Source: Archangiaceae bacterium (lineage in GTDB: Bacteria; Myxococcota; Myxococcia; Myxococcales; Myxococcaceae). From it: a stretch of 37,307 nt of DNA. The DNA is taken from assembly GCA_043750125.1 (NCBI GenBank), contig JAYVCD010000188.1:1-37307 (forward strand), written 5' to 3'. This document shows, piece by piece, positions 25,915 to 34,782 of the stretch (position 1 is the first letter of the stretch; every line of letters begins with the position of its first letter). The position numbers and the translations under genes are program-made. The notes under the pieces are model-generated. The model was not told the origin of the DNA and did not search any database. It saw only the letters and a list, made by a program, of their open reading frames with translations.

Positions 25915-28251
25915 TCACTTTTTGGCTTTGAGCGTCTTTCGTTGGCCGGCGCACTGCTGAATCAACTCGGGAAGGCTCGTTTCCGCCCCCGCCACCTGAA
26001 ACTTTCGTTCCTTCAGTTCCGGATTTCGGTTCTGAAGAATCGAGCCTGACGAAATGCATTCGTCGAACTGGTGCAGAGCCTCGCCGTCCTTCTTCTGGGC
26101 GAGCAGGCTCTTCCCCGTCTCGAACGACCGCTTCGGCCCTTCGTCAAAGGCGATGAGCGGCTTGACCTCGGCCAGCAGCTTTTCGGTTGCCTCCGCTCGC
26201 TGAACACACAGGGCAATCACGTCCTTCGCTGGGGTGCGGCGACCTTCGATGAACAGCGGCACACTCTCGAGCCTGGTGTTGTCTCGAAGCAGCATGGCGC
26301 CGCCGCTCTCACAGCCCTTGAACTGGGCGAGGGCCTTTTCGCCTTGCTCCTTCTGGGCCCGCAGGGTCTTCCCGGCTGCAGCCGCTTCGGCTGTCGACGC
26401 ACCCGCCGCCAGCGCCTCGACCGTCTGCCGGCGAAGCTCGCGGGCCTGCTTCGCGAAGTCGAGCCCCTCGGTCAGTCGCTGCTGGTTGTCCCGGGCCTTG
26501 GCGGCCTGGGCGGCGTAGCCGTTGTCCTGCTTCTCGAGCGCGACGTTTCCGTCGATCGCCTTCCCGAGCGCCTCGAGGCTCTTCGTCGCTGCCGCGAGAT
26601 CAGGGTCCGTCGCGTCGGGCTTCTTCGCGGCCTCGAGCCCCGCCTTCGCGGCGCTGGTGGTGTCATTGAGCAGCGTCCGTCCCTCGGTTGCCGCGAGCAC
26701 GATTTTGCGGCTCGCGAGCTTCGCGTTGAGCTCGGTGACGCGTTCTTTGACCTCGCGATCGTACGCCGCGTATTCGCGATCTTTCCCAACCAGCTCGGCC
26801 CCTTCGTCGAGCGCAGCCCGGATCAGCTTGATCCCGGTTTCAGCCTCGGCCATTCGATCGCTGCCCGCATTCGCCTGGCTGGCTTCGCGCATCAGATCAG
26901 CCGACTGCTTGCGCGCGTCCTCGACCTTCGCGCGCTGGCGCAGCACGTCGACCTCCAATCGGCGGGTCGCAATCGAGGCGCGGGCATCGCGAATCTGCGC
27001 CGTCGCGTCGGCGGCCGGCTGAACCATGGCCGGCTCTTTCGCGTGTACGGTCTGCAGCGTCTTCTCAAGGACAACCAACGCAGAGCTCGCCTCTTGAAAC
27101 TGCTCATCGGTCGGGTTTTTGCCCCCGATGGTCTTCAGCGCCTGGGTCACGTCCGAGCGCGCAGTCTCGAGCTTGCGCCGCTCGAGCTCGCCTTCGACCT
27201 CGACCAGGGTGTTCTTCAATTCGGTCAGGTACTGGCCGACCGCCGGGCTGCGCGAGGCTTCGGCCTGGTATTTCTCGAGCAACTTCCGGACGACAATCGC
27301 CGCGGTGCGCGCCTCGGCAAGCTGATCTCCGGTCGTCTTCTTCGAGCGCACGGCTTTGGCTGCCGCGCCGAGGTCTTTCTTCGCCGGTTCGATTTCCGCT
27401 TTCAAGCGGGCAAGCCCAGTCTCGCTCCAGAGCGCGTCCATCTGCTTCTTCGCCTGGGCGAGATCCTTCCGCACTCCCTCGGCGTCCTTGCGGTACGACT
27501 TGTCGTTGGCCTCGAGCACCTTTCCCGCTTCCAGAATTTTGGCCAGATTTGAAGCCGCATGATCCGCGGTCTGGAACTGCTCATCGCTCGAGGTCGTGGA
27601 CAAGGGGTTCATCGCCGCGGCCAGCGCGGTGCGGCTTTGCTCGACCAACGCCCGATGCTTGTCGACCGATTGCAGAGTCCAGCGCTCGTCGATCGCCTTT
27701 CGCTGCACGGCGAGGGTCGCCTCGGCCCCGGCCAGATAGGTCGCAAACTTGGAGTCCTTCTTGATCAGCGGCCGGGCTTCTTCGATCGCCTTCTTCAGCG
27801 CATCTGCGGCGGCGCGAGCCTCGTCGAAATTCTTCGAAACGGCCTCTTTGCCTTCGGTGCCGTGGGCGCGGTCGTTCAGAGTCGCGAGGGCGGCGTCGAT
27901 CGCCCGACGCTGGTTGAAGAGGTCGACATTGGCACGGCGCTGGTCGACGTATTCGCGCTGGGTCCGAAGCTCTTTGCGGGCGGCCAGGACGGCCTTCGCA
28001 AAATCGAGATCCTTCTGCTCGAGGTCGGCTCCGGCATCGATCGCGTCCTTCAGCGCCTCGACCGCGGCGTGGGCGGCGTCGAGATCTGCCGTCTCGGGGG
28101 GATCTTTTTCGATGCGTTGAACGGCCTTCGTCAGGTTACCCCGGGCGGTCTCGAGCTTCTGTTGAGCGGCGGCCACTCCGGGATCTGCGGCGGTGGCGAC
28201 GAGGGGGACGAGAATCAGGGACAGGACGGCCAGAGCGCGGGCGGCTTTCAC
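25915..28251 (-). CDS. Large secreted alpha-helical repeat protein
   Basis: 778-aa ORF with GC-rich third positions and a signal peptide (MKAARALAVLSLILVPLVATAA). It has ~85-aa internal repeats and two C-terminal Cys-pair repeats. Confidence 0.85.
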   Translation of the reverse strand: MKAARALAVLSLILVPLVATAADPGVAAAQQKLETARGNLTKAVQRIEKDPPETADLDAAHAAVEALKDAIDAGADLEQKDLDFAKAVLAARKELRTQREYVDQRRANVDLFNQRRAIDAALATLNDRAHGTEGKEAVSKNFDEARAAADALKKAIEEARPLIKKDSKFATYLAGAEATLAVQRKAIDERWTLQSVDKHRALVEQSRTALAAAMNPLSTTSSDEQFQTADHAASNLAKILEAGKVLEANDKSYRKDAEGVRKDLAQAKKQMDALWSETGLARLKAEIEPAKKDLGAAAKAVRSKKTTGDQLAEARTAAIVVRKLLEKYQAEASRSPAVGQYLTELKNTLVEVEGELERRKLETARSDVTQALKTIGGKNPTDEQFQEASSALVVLEKTLQTVHAKEPAMVQPAADATAQIRDARASIATRRLEVDVLRQRAKVEDARKQSADLMREASQANAGSDRMAEAETGIKLIRAALDEGAELVGKDREYAAYDREVKERVTELNAKLASRKIVLAATEGRTLLNDTTSAAKAGLEAAKKPDATDPDLAAATKSLEALGKAIDGNVALEKQDNGYAAQAAKARDNQQRLTEGLDFAKQARELRRQTVEALAAGASTAEAAAAGKTLRAQKEQGEKALAQFKGCESGGAMLLRDNTRLESVPLFIEGRRTPAKDVIALCVQRAEATEKLLAEVKPLIAFDEGPKRSFETGKSLLAQKKDGEALHQFDECISSGSILQNRNPELKERKFQVAGAETSLPELIQQCAGQRKTLKAKK

Positions 28252-28258
28252 GCGCGCG

Positions 28259-28267
28259 ATGCTAGCA
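28259..28267 (-). promoter_or_regulatory. Putative extended -10 promoter element (TGC-TAGCAT) for a leaderless mRNA
   Basis: Matches TGn-TANNNT, 7 nt upstream of GTG 28251, with no SD. Confidence 0.5.
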
Positions 28268-28501
28268 ACGACGAGCGTGGGCCCGAGGTGAAGTTGTTCT
28301 CAATCCGCTCGGGCCTGCAGCAGAATCGGCCCGAGCAACGAGGACGCCCGGCGTACTCGATTGAAACATTCCGGGTTGAACGGTCGAGATCGCCCAGAAA
28401 TACCGGCGGCAGGTGTGGCAGTCGTGCGGGTAGGCTCATCTCCGCCCCACCCGACACCGATGTTTCCCTTCGGAAACAGCGCGGTCTCGAAATTGCTGAG
28501 C

Positions 28502-28533
28502 CCTCCTCTCGGCGCACCCACCCGTCGAGGAGG
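28502..28533 (+). promoter_or_regulatory. SD-sequestering hairpin in the 5' UTR of the histone-like gene
   Basis: CCTCCTC (28502-28508) is the exact reverse complement of the SD GAGGAGG (28527-28533), which ends 8 nt before ATG 28542. Confidence 0.5.
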
Positions 28534-28541
28534 CACACCCC

Positions 28542-28853
28542 ATGTCCAATCTCAAGCTGCGCAAGAAGACTTCGAAAGTTGCCAGGGTCACGAAGAAGGC
28601 GGCGAAGAAGCAGCCGAAAAAGACCATCAAGCTGAAGGCGGTCAAGAAGACCCGGACGGCCGCCAGGCCGCGCGCCACTCGCAAGCCGAAACAGCCAGCG
28701 CCCCGGCAGGACCAGACGACGGTTCGCCTCGGGCCCCACCACGTCGATCGCCAACCGATTCCCGCGGGAATCCGCGTTCACCCGGCTCCGGCGCTGCCGC
28801 ACATCGCTCCGCTTTCAATCCGGCACCTGGGCAACAGCTCGCGCCACCACTGA
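28542..28853 (+). CDS. Small Lys/Arg-rich histone H1-like protein with a Pro/His-rich tail
   Basis: Strong SD and AAG-dominated Lys codons. Sequence KLRKKTSKVARVTKKAAKKQPKKTIKLKAVKKT is followed by a P/H-rich C-terminus. Confidence 0.7.
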   Translation: MSNLKLRKKTSKVARVTKKAAKKQPKKTIKLKAVKKTRTAARPRATRKPKQPAPRQDQTTVRLGPHHVDRQPIPAGIRVHPAPALPHIAPLSIRHLGNSSRHH

Positions 28854-29039
28854 CGAAGCATGAGATGAGCCGCAGTCTTTGGTTGGTGACCGCTCGACCT
28901 GACGCAGCGACCGTTCGCCCCGAACGAGCACATCGAGCCGCTCGGCCCAGGTCCTGGTGGCTCACATGCTCCTCATCGCCGCGGTTCTGCTGTGTCCGTT
29001 GATCTTCATCGCCGCCACCTTGTTCCCGCCTGAGCGGCG

Positions 29040-29272
29040 ATGAGGTCGCGCGCGTTGCGCATTCTCGAGCTCGCGCTGCTGGTGCCCACGCTCCCGCTGT
29101 TGCGCACGATGACCTCCGAGCCGCGCGACCTGGCTCGGCTGACCGCACAACACGAAGGCTTCGCCGCGCGCCGGCAGGTGCCGCCAGGCATCACCGGCCT
29201 CGCGCAGGTCTGCCAGGCGCAAGGAGCAGAAGTCACCGCCCGCCTCGACGCCGAATATGCTGCCGGGGCCAA
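29040..29272 (+). pseudogene. Collapsed polyprenyl-phosphate sugar transferase (Bac_transf; WcaJ/WbaP-like) remnant
   Basis: Retains the N-terminal hydrophobic stretch (RILELALLVPTLPLL), LRTM (compare KFRTM) and RRQVPPGITGLAQV...RLDAEY. The central DELPQ and GPRP motifs are missing. Confidence 0.65.
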
Positions 29273-29617
29273 CCCAAGGCGCTGTTTACCCTCGAGCGCG
29301 AGCTGCCCACGCCGCTGCCGGACATCCACATTCCCCCGATGGTGCTGTTGACGCTCGCCGAGAACGCGATGAAGCACGGGCCTTCCGCAGGGCACCGCGG
29401 GCTCTTGAGGCTGACCGTGCTCGAGGAGCAGGGCGGAGTCCGGGTCACGATCGAAAACCCGGGCCGCTTCAATGGGCCGCGCGCAGGCAGCGACGGGCTG
29501 CCCACGCTCGAACGCCGGCGGCTGTTCCACTACGAAGGTCGGGCGAGGTTTGAAATCGGCCCGGCTGGCAACGACAACCCGCGCACGCGCGCCGAGCTGG
29601 GGGTCCCTCGAAGATGA
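29273..29617 (+). pseudogene. C-terminal remnant of a LytS/YehU-type histidine kinase
   Basis: IPPMVLLTLAENAMKHG (compare P..LQPLVENAIKHG), then VTIENPG and GSDGL. The sensor and His_kinase region are absent. The stop overlaps the response regulator start. Confidence 0.75.
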
Positions 29618-29877
29618 CGGTCAAGAAGCTCAAGGTGCTGGTCGCCGACGACGAGCAGCTGGCCAGACAGCGGTTGGTGCGGCTGCTGTCGGCGATGCCC
29701 GATGTCGAGGTCGCTGGGGAAGCCAACGACGGGGGCGAAGTCCTGACCCAAATCGCCGCCGGTGGAATCGACGCCGTGCTGCTCGACATTCAAAATGCCG
29801 CAATGCGTCATGACTGCACGCGGCTGTTGGGACACAGGGTCAATTGTGGGCTGAAGCAAGCCAATGGCCCACGTTAA
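29614..29877 (+). pseudogene. Truncated LytTR-family response regulator (receiver N-terminal half only)
   Basis: KVLVADDEQLARQRLVRLL...VAGEA...VLLDIQ. An extra A in AAAA (29792-29795) breaks DIQMP and similarity ends just after it. Confidence 0.8.
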
Positions 29878-30008
29878 CCTCCGTTGACGCGCCGCGAAAA
29901 TAGAACAATTTAAGTGACTTGGCGTGGCATTCTTCAGCTCCTTGACCTCGACTCCCCCCTCCCCCTTATCTAGGCGCGGCGCTTTTTCGCCGTCCGAGGG
30001 GAAGTCGA

Positions 30009-30767
30009 ATGGATCATATGGAAGCAGAGACACCCAGAGCCTCAATCCCCCATTTGAGAACGGACGTTCAGGGGGGCGGACGGCTGGCGATTGCCTCTTT
30101 CGCCGCCCAGATGTTGTTCCTGGTGATGCTGATTTTGACCGGGCTGACCATCGGTCGAAGGCTCGAGCAGCACGAAGCGGGGCTGGAAGGTCAGCGCAAA
30201 GACGCCGCGTCGACCCGCGAGCGCATCGACGCGCTGGGCGAGCAAACCCGGCAGATGAATTCGGAGCTGATGAACCTGCGCCAGGTGGTCGCCAGCAACA
30301 GCAGCGAAGAGGTCCTTTTCCTCAAGTCGATGGTCCTCAAGAAGGACATCAACCCGGAGTTCGCCCGTGGCGTCGCGGCGCTGGTTCACAAAGATGCACA
30401 GCTCTACGGCCGCGATCCGAACCTGGTGTTGGCGATCATCGCTGAAGAGTCCGGGTTTGATCCAAAGGCGCTCTCCAACGTCGGCGCCGTCGGCCTGATT
30501 CTGGTGATGCCCCACTGGAAGCGCGTGCTGGGAATTACCGGAGACTTGAAGGACCCCGACACCAACATCCGCGCCGGCCTGCAGATCCTCGGCTTCTATC
30601 TCGAGATGTACGGAGACGTTCCGATGGCGCTCACCGCCTACAACCGCGGGCCGGGCCCGGTCGATAACGCGCTCGTCAAAGGCAACAACCCCAACAACGG
30701 GTATGCGCCCAAGGTGCTCGCCACCTACGAGCGCCTGAAGAAGCTCGATTTGACCGCGGTTCGGTAA
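30009..30767 (+). CDS. Membrane-anchored lytic transglycosylase (SLT domain)
   Basis: One transmembrane segment, a coiled coil, catalytic IIAEESGFDPKALS, DPDTNIRAG and ALTAYNRGPG. Motif II reads GLILV instead of GLMQ. Confidence 0.88.
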   Translation: MDHMEAETPRASIPHLRTDVQGGGRLAIASFAAQMLFLVMLILTGLTIGRRLEQHEAGLEGQRKDAASTRERIDALGEQTRQMNSELMNLRQVVASNSSEEVLFLKSMVLKKDINPEFARGVAALVHKDAQLYGRDPNLVLAIIAEESGFDPKALSNVGAVGLILVMPHWKRVLGITGDLKDPDTNIRAGLQILGFYLEMYGDVPMALTAYNRGPGPVDNALVKGNNPNNGYAPKVLATYERLKKLDLTAVR

Positions 30768-30787
30768 AAAGCCTTCTTCTGGCTTTT
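30767..30787. terminator. Possible weak bidirectional terminator
   Basis: AAAAGCC-N7-GGCTTTT inverted repeat between the SLT gene and ligD, with only three G:C pairs. Confidence 0.25.
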
Positions 30788-30807
30788 GATTTGCAGCCTG
30801 TGCGCTG

Positions 30808-33249
30808 ATGAATGCGCGCCCTCCCCTCTCGGCCTACCGCGCCAAACGTCACTTCGAAGTAACGAGCGAGCCTTCCGGCGACGAGAAGCGAGCGCTTCCG
30901 TCCGAGCGGGCGCGCTTCATGGTGCACAAGCACGACGCGACCCGCCTGCATTACGACTTGCGGCTCGAGATTGAAGGGGTGCTCGCCAGCTGGGCGTGTC
31001 CCAAGGGCTTCAGCTACGACTCGGCGCAAAAACGCCTCGCAGTGCAGACCGAAGACCACCCGCTGGAGTACGGCGATTTCGAGGGGCGGATTCCCGACGG
31101 GGAGTATGGGGCGGGCGATTCGATCATCTGGGATCGCGGGGCCTGGGACACCATTCCTTCCGGGCAGGCGGTTGCGCAGCTGAAGAAGGGGCACCTCCAC
31201 CTCGCCTTCGCGGGCGAGAAGCTCAAAGGATCCTGGCACCTGATTCGAACCCGCTCGCAAGGGGCCAAAGAGCAGTGGCTGATTTTCAAAGCCAAAGACG
31301 GGCTCGAGCGCACCGACTTCGACGTAATTGCCCAGCGGCCCGAATCGGTCGCCAGCGGCCGGCGGCTCACCCGCGGGCCCACCCGGAAGAGCGCCCTGGG
31401 CGCAGTCCACGTTCCTCCCGAGAAGCTGCTCTCGAAGATCCCCTCGGCGATGCTGGCTGTGCTCTCAGAGCCTGAGCAGGCGCCCGAAGGTCAATTCCTC
31501 TACGAGGTGAAGTACGACGGCTACCGCGCGCTGGCAGCGGTCAGCGGAGGAAACCTCGCGGTCCAGTCGCGCAATGCGCTCGACCTGCTCGGGCGGTTTC
31601 CCTTTCTCCACCAGGCGCTGGCGTCGATCGTCGTCGGCGAAGCCATCTTCGATGGAGAGATCATCGCGCTCGACCCCGAGGGACGCTCTGGCTTCCAGGA
31701 GCTCGGCGAGCAGCGCGCCGAGCATCAATACGTGGTCTTCGACCTGCTCTGGCTCGAAGGCGAAGACCTCCGTTCCCGCCCTCTGGAAGAGCGCCGCGAG
31801 CTGCTCGAGTCGGTGGTGGCCAACGCCGAAAAGCCGCTGGTGCTCGCCGAGCGGGTCGAAGGAACGGCGCTCGAAGCCCTCGAGGTCGCGCGCGCTCGGG
31901 GGCTGGAAGGAGTCATCGCCAAGCGCCGCGGCTCACCCTACGAAAGCAGCCGCAACGGCGATTGGCGAAAGCTCAAAGCGCTGGGCTCGGCCGAGCTGGT
32001 GATCGCCGGCTACACCCCGAGCACCAACCGGGACGACACGGTCGGCGCCCTGCTGCTCGCCAACCGCAAAGACGGCCACTGGGTGTTCGCCGGAAAAGTC
32101 GGAACCGGGTTCGACCAAAAGACGCGCAAGAGCCTGCTGACCCTGCTTCAAAAAGACGAGGTCGATGTCGCGCAAATCGACGCCGCGCCCCGGCTGCGCA
32201 AAGCGCACTGGGTGGTGCCCAAACATCTGGCCCAGCTTCGCTTCGTCCAGTGGACGCGGGACGGGAAGCTGCGCCACCCGTCGTTTCAGGGGCTGCGCGA
32301 AGACAAGGCAGTGGATGAAACGCAGATCGAACCGCCGGTCGCAGCCCCGAAGCGCCGTCCCGGGAAGGCCGACCCGAAGCCGGAACCGGCGCCAATCGAC
32401 GTGCCGATCACCCACCCGGAACGGATCCTCTTCTCGAAGCCGAAGATCACCAAGGCCGAGGTCCGCGGCTACTACGACCTGGTCGCTCCGTTGATCGTCA
32501 AAGCGATGAAAGGCCGACCGCTGTCGATGCAGCAGTGGCCGCGTGGGATCAACAGCCCCGGTTTTTTCCGGCACGCCGCGGCCAACGCCCCCGAGTGGAT
32601 TACCCGGCTGACCATCGAGCACGAAGCCCACCCGGTGGAACACATCGTGATCGACAAACCGCAGACGGTCGCGTGGCTCGCCAACCAGGCTGCACTGACG
32701 CTGCACATGACCTCCTCGCGCATCGGGTCGCTCGACAGCCCCGACTGGGTTGCCTTCGACTTCGACCCGGCGGACGAAGACTTCAAGAAAGTGGTGACGC
32801 TGGCGCGGGCACTCAAAGGGCTGCTCGATCAACTGAAGCTCGACAGCACCCCCAAGACGTCAGGCAAACGCGGCCTTCACGTCTTCGTTCCGGTCGCGCC
32901 GGGCCATACCTTCGAGCAGGTTCACACCTTCGCCCAGAGCATCACCCAGGCGCTGGCCGATCGCTTTTCCGCCGACGCCACCACGGTGCGTTCGAAGGCG
33001 ATGCGCAACGGGCGGCTGTACCTCGACGCCGAACAGAACGCGCGGTTGAAGACGATGGTCGCGCCGTACTCGCTTCGCGCAGTCGAAGGGGCGCGGGTCT
33101 CGGCGCCGCTCGAGTGGGACGAAGTCGATTCGAAGCTCGACCCCCAGCGCTTCACCCTCAAGACCTTCGAGAAGCGACTGGCGAAGGTGGGCGATCTGTT
33201 CGAGCCGGTGTTGCGCGGCACCCAGTGGCTTCCGACGTTCAAGCTCTGA
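30808..33249 (+). CDS. ligD: NHEJ DNA ligase D (phosphoesterase-ligase-polymerase order)
   Basis: PE domain: KHDATRLHYDLRLE, RLAVQTEDHPLEY. Ligase: YEVKYDGYR, EGVIAKR, GKVGTGF, LRHPSFQGLREDK. Polymerase: ITHPERI, FDFDP, KTSGKRGLHV, VAPYSLRA. Confidence 0.97.
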   Translation: MNARPPLSAYRAKRHFEVTSEPSGDEKRALPSERARFMVHKHDATRLHYDLRLEIEGVLASWACPKGFSYDSAQKRLAVQTEDHPLEYGDFEGRIPDGEYGAGDSIIWDRGAWDTIPSGQAVAQLKKGHLHLAFAGEKLKGSWHLIRTRSQGAKEQWLIFKAKDGLERTDFDVIAQRPESVASGRRLTRGPTRKSALGAVHVPPEKLLSKIPSAMLAVLSEPEQAPEGQFLYEVKYDGYRALAAVSGGNLAVQSRNALDLLGRFPFLHQALASIVVGEAIFDGEIIALDPEGRSGFQELGEQRAEHQYVVFDLLWLEGEDLRSRPLEERRELLESVVANAEKPLVLAERVEGTALEALEVARARGLEGVIAKRRGSPYESSRNGDWRKLKALGSAELVIAGYTPSTNRDDTVGALLLANRKDGHWVFAGKVGTGFDQKTRKSLLTLLQKDEVDVAQIDAAPRLRKAHWVVPKHLAQLRFVQWTRDGKLRHPSFQGLREDKAVDETQIEPPVAAPKRRPGKADPKPEPAPIDVPITHPERILFSKPKITKAEVRGYYDLVAPLIVKAMKGRPLSMQQWPRGINSPGFFRHAAANAPEWITRLTIEHEAHPVEHIVIDKPQTVAWLANQAALTLHMTSSRIGSLDSPDWVAFDFDPADEDFKKVVTLARALKGLLDQLKLDSTPKTSGKRGLHVFVPVAPGHTFEQVHTFAQSITQALADRFSADATTVRSKAMRNGRLYLDAEQNARLKTMVAPYSLRAVEGARVSAPLEWDEVDSKLDPQRFTLKTFEKRLAKVGDLFEPVLRGTQWLPTFKL

Positions 33250-33264
33250 CCCAGGAGAACAAAC

Positions 33265-34119
33265 ATGGCGCGAGCAATGTGGAAAGGATCGATAAGCTTT
33301 GGACTGGTGAACATTCCGATCAGCCTGAACCTCGCGGTCCGAACCAAGGGCATCGCGTTCCACCAGTTGCACGACGAGGACGGCGGGCGGATCAAAGAGA
33401 AGCGGGTGTGTGAGCGCGACGGGAAAGAGGTGCCGTACGAGCACGTGGTCAAAGGGTACGAAATCTCGAAGGGCAAATACGTCACCCTCACCCGCGAGGA
33501 ATTGAAGGCGGTCGACCCGGTCTCGGACAAGACGATTGGAATCGAGTCGTTCATCGAGGCCAGCGAGATCGACCCGGTCTATTTCGAGCGCAGCTACTAC
33601 GTCAGCCCGGAAGGAAAGAGCTCGGGCAAGGCCTACGCCCTGCTCGCCAGCGCACTCGAGAAGAGCAAGCGGGCCGCGCTGGCGCGCATCGTGTTGAGCA
33701 CCAGCCAACACATGTGCGTCATTCGCGCTGAAGGAGGCCGGCTGATTCTCACCACCATGGTCTTTGGTGACGAGATTGAAGAGGCGCCGCACCTCGGGAC
33801 GACCCAGACGTCGCCTGCCGAGCTGAAGATGGCGCAGAGCCTGATTGACCAGATGACCAGGAAGTTCAACCCCGACGAGTACAAGGATCAGCACCGCGAG
33901 CGGGTGCTGGCCCTGCTGAACCAGAAGGCGAAGGGAAAGACGATCGAGGCTCCCGAAGAGACCCACGTCGCGCAGGTGACGAACCTGATGGAAGCGCTCG
34001 AGCGCAGCCTCGCAGCGAAGAAGAACGGCAAGCCGCCCGCGGCCGAAGCCGAACGTTCCCCGCGACCTCGCGCGCGTCGGGCCTCAGGCGGGTCGAAACA
34101 GCGGGCTCACATGCATTGA
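33265..34119 (+). CDS. ku: NHEJ DNA end-binding protein Ku
   Basis: RAMWKGSISFGLVNIPI, VKGYEI, IDPVYFERSYY, KAYALL and NLMEALERSL, with a basic tail. AGGAG SD, 15 nt after the ligD stop. Confidence 0.97.
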   Translation: MARAMWKGSISFGLVNIPISLNLAVRTKGIAFHQLHDEDGGRIKEKRVCERDGKEVPYEHVVKGYEISKGKYVTLTREELKAVDPVSDKTIGIESFIEASEIDPVYFERSYYVSPEGKSSGKAYALLASALEKSKRAALARIVLSTSQHMCVIRAEGGRLILTTMVFGDEIEEAPHLGTTQTSPAELKMAQSLIDQMTRKFNPDEYKDQHRERVLALLNQKAKGKTIEAPEETHVAQVTNLMEALERSLAAKKNGKPPAAEAERSPRPRARRASGGSKQRAHMH

Positions 34120-34131
34120 ACGGGGTGACGA

Positions 34132-34593
34132 CTAAATCGTGCCTCGGCCGCCCCCGGACTTCAGCTGCATCAACGCTCTGAATTCCGGGCTGTCGACCCG
34201 CATCAGCAACACCTTGAGCTCAGTCGCCTTGTCGAGCTGAACGCTGCGCTCTTCGCCATGCAGGACCCAGATTTCCCCCAGGCTCTTGCCCGACGGAAGC
34301 ACCAACTCGAGCACCACCTTGTAACCGTCGCCGGCTTCATGGGGCCGCAGGACGAGGCGGTAGTCGGGTTGGGTCGAGCCGGGGGTGCGCTTTTCGGCCA
34401 CCACCTGGCGGCCTTCGAAGCCCAGCAGCTGCGGCGAGCCCAACTTGTGTCCGTCCTGCGAAAGCTCGAGCGCAAAGTAGAGCTGTTGGCGGGATCCCGG
34501 CAGCTCGGGCGGCGGGGTTGCACACCCCACGACTGCACCGGCAATCAAAGTCAGGAAGATTAAGCTGCGCTTCAACGTTGACCCGGTGCCCAT
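34132..34593 (-). CDS. Hypothetical lipoprotein
   Basis: Lipobox VVGC, SD-like AAGGTGG before ATG 34593, and an upstream TACAAT. Confidence 0.7.
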   Translation of the reverse strand: MGTGSTLKRSLIFLTLIAGAVVGCATPPPELPGSRQQLYFALELSQDGHKLGSPQLLGFEGRQVVAEKRTPGSTQPDYRLVLRPHEAGDGYKVVLELVLPSGKSLGEIWVLHGEERSVQLDKATELKVLLMRVDSPEFRALMQLKSGGGRGTI

Positions 34594-34782
34594 CGCGTCC
34601 ACCTTCAAGCAACCCTTGCGCCCATTGTAGCTCACAGTGGAAACGCGGACTTGAGGCATCTGGTCTCTCGGGGCGCTGACTTTCCGCCCACTGAACTGAC
34701 TCCGGTTCGACAGTTTGGCAACACCGCGCGGGTTGGACACCACGGTGGTCGGGTTGGTTTCCAGATGCTACGTCGACACGCC

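Noticed and set aside
3047-29795. Homopolymer frameshifts as simple long-read sequencing errors
   Set aside because: They occur only in genes already broken by deletions, while the intact genes show none. Read-level confirmation is still needed.
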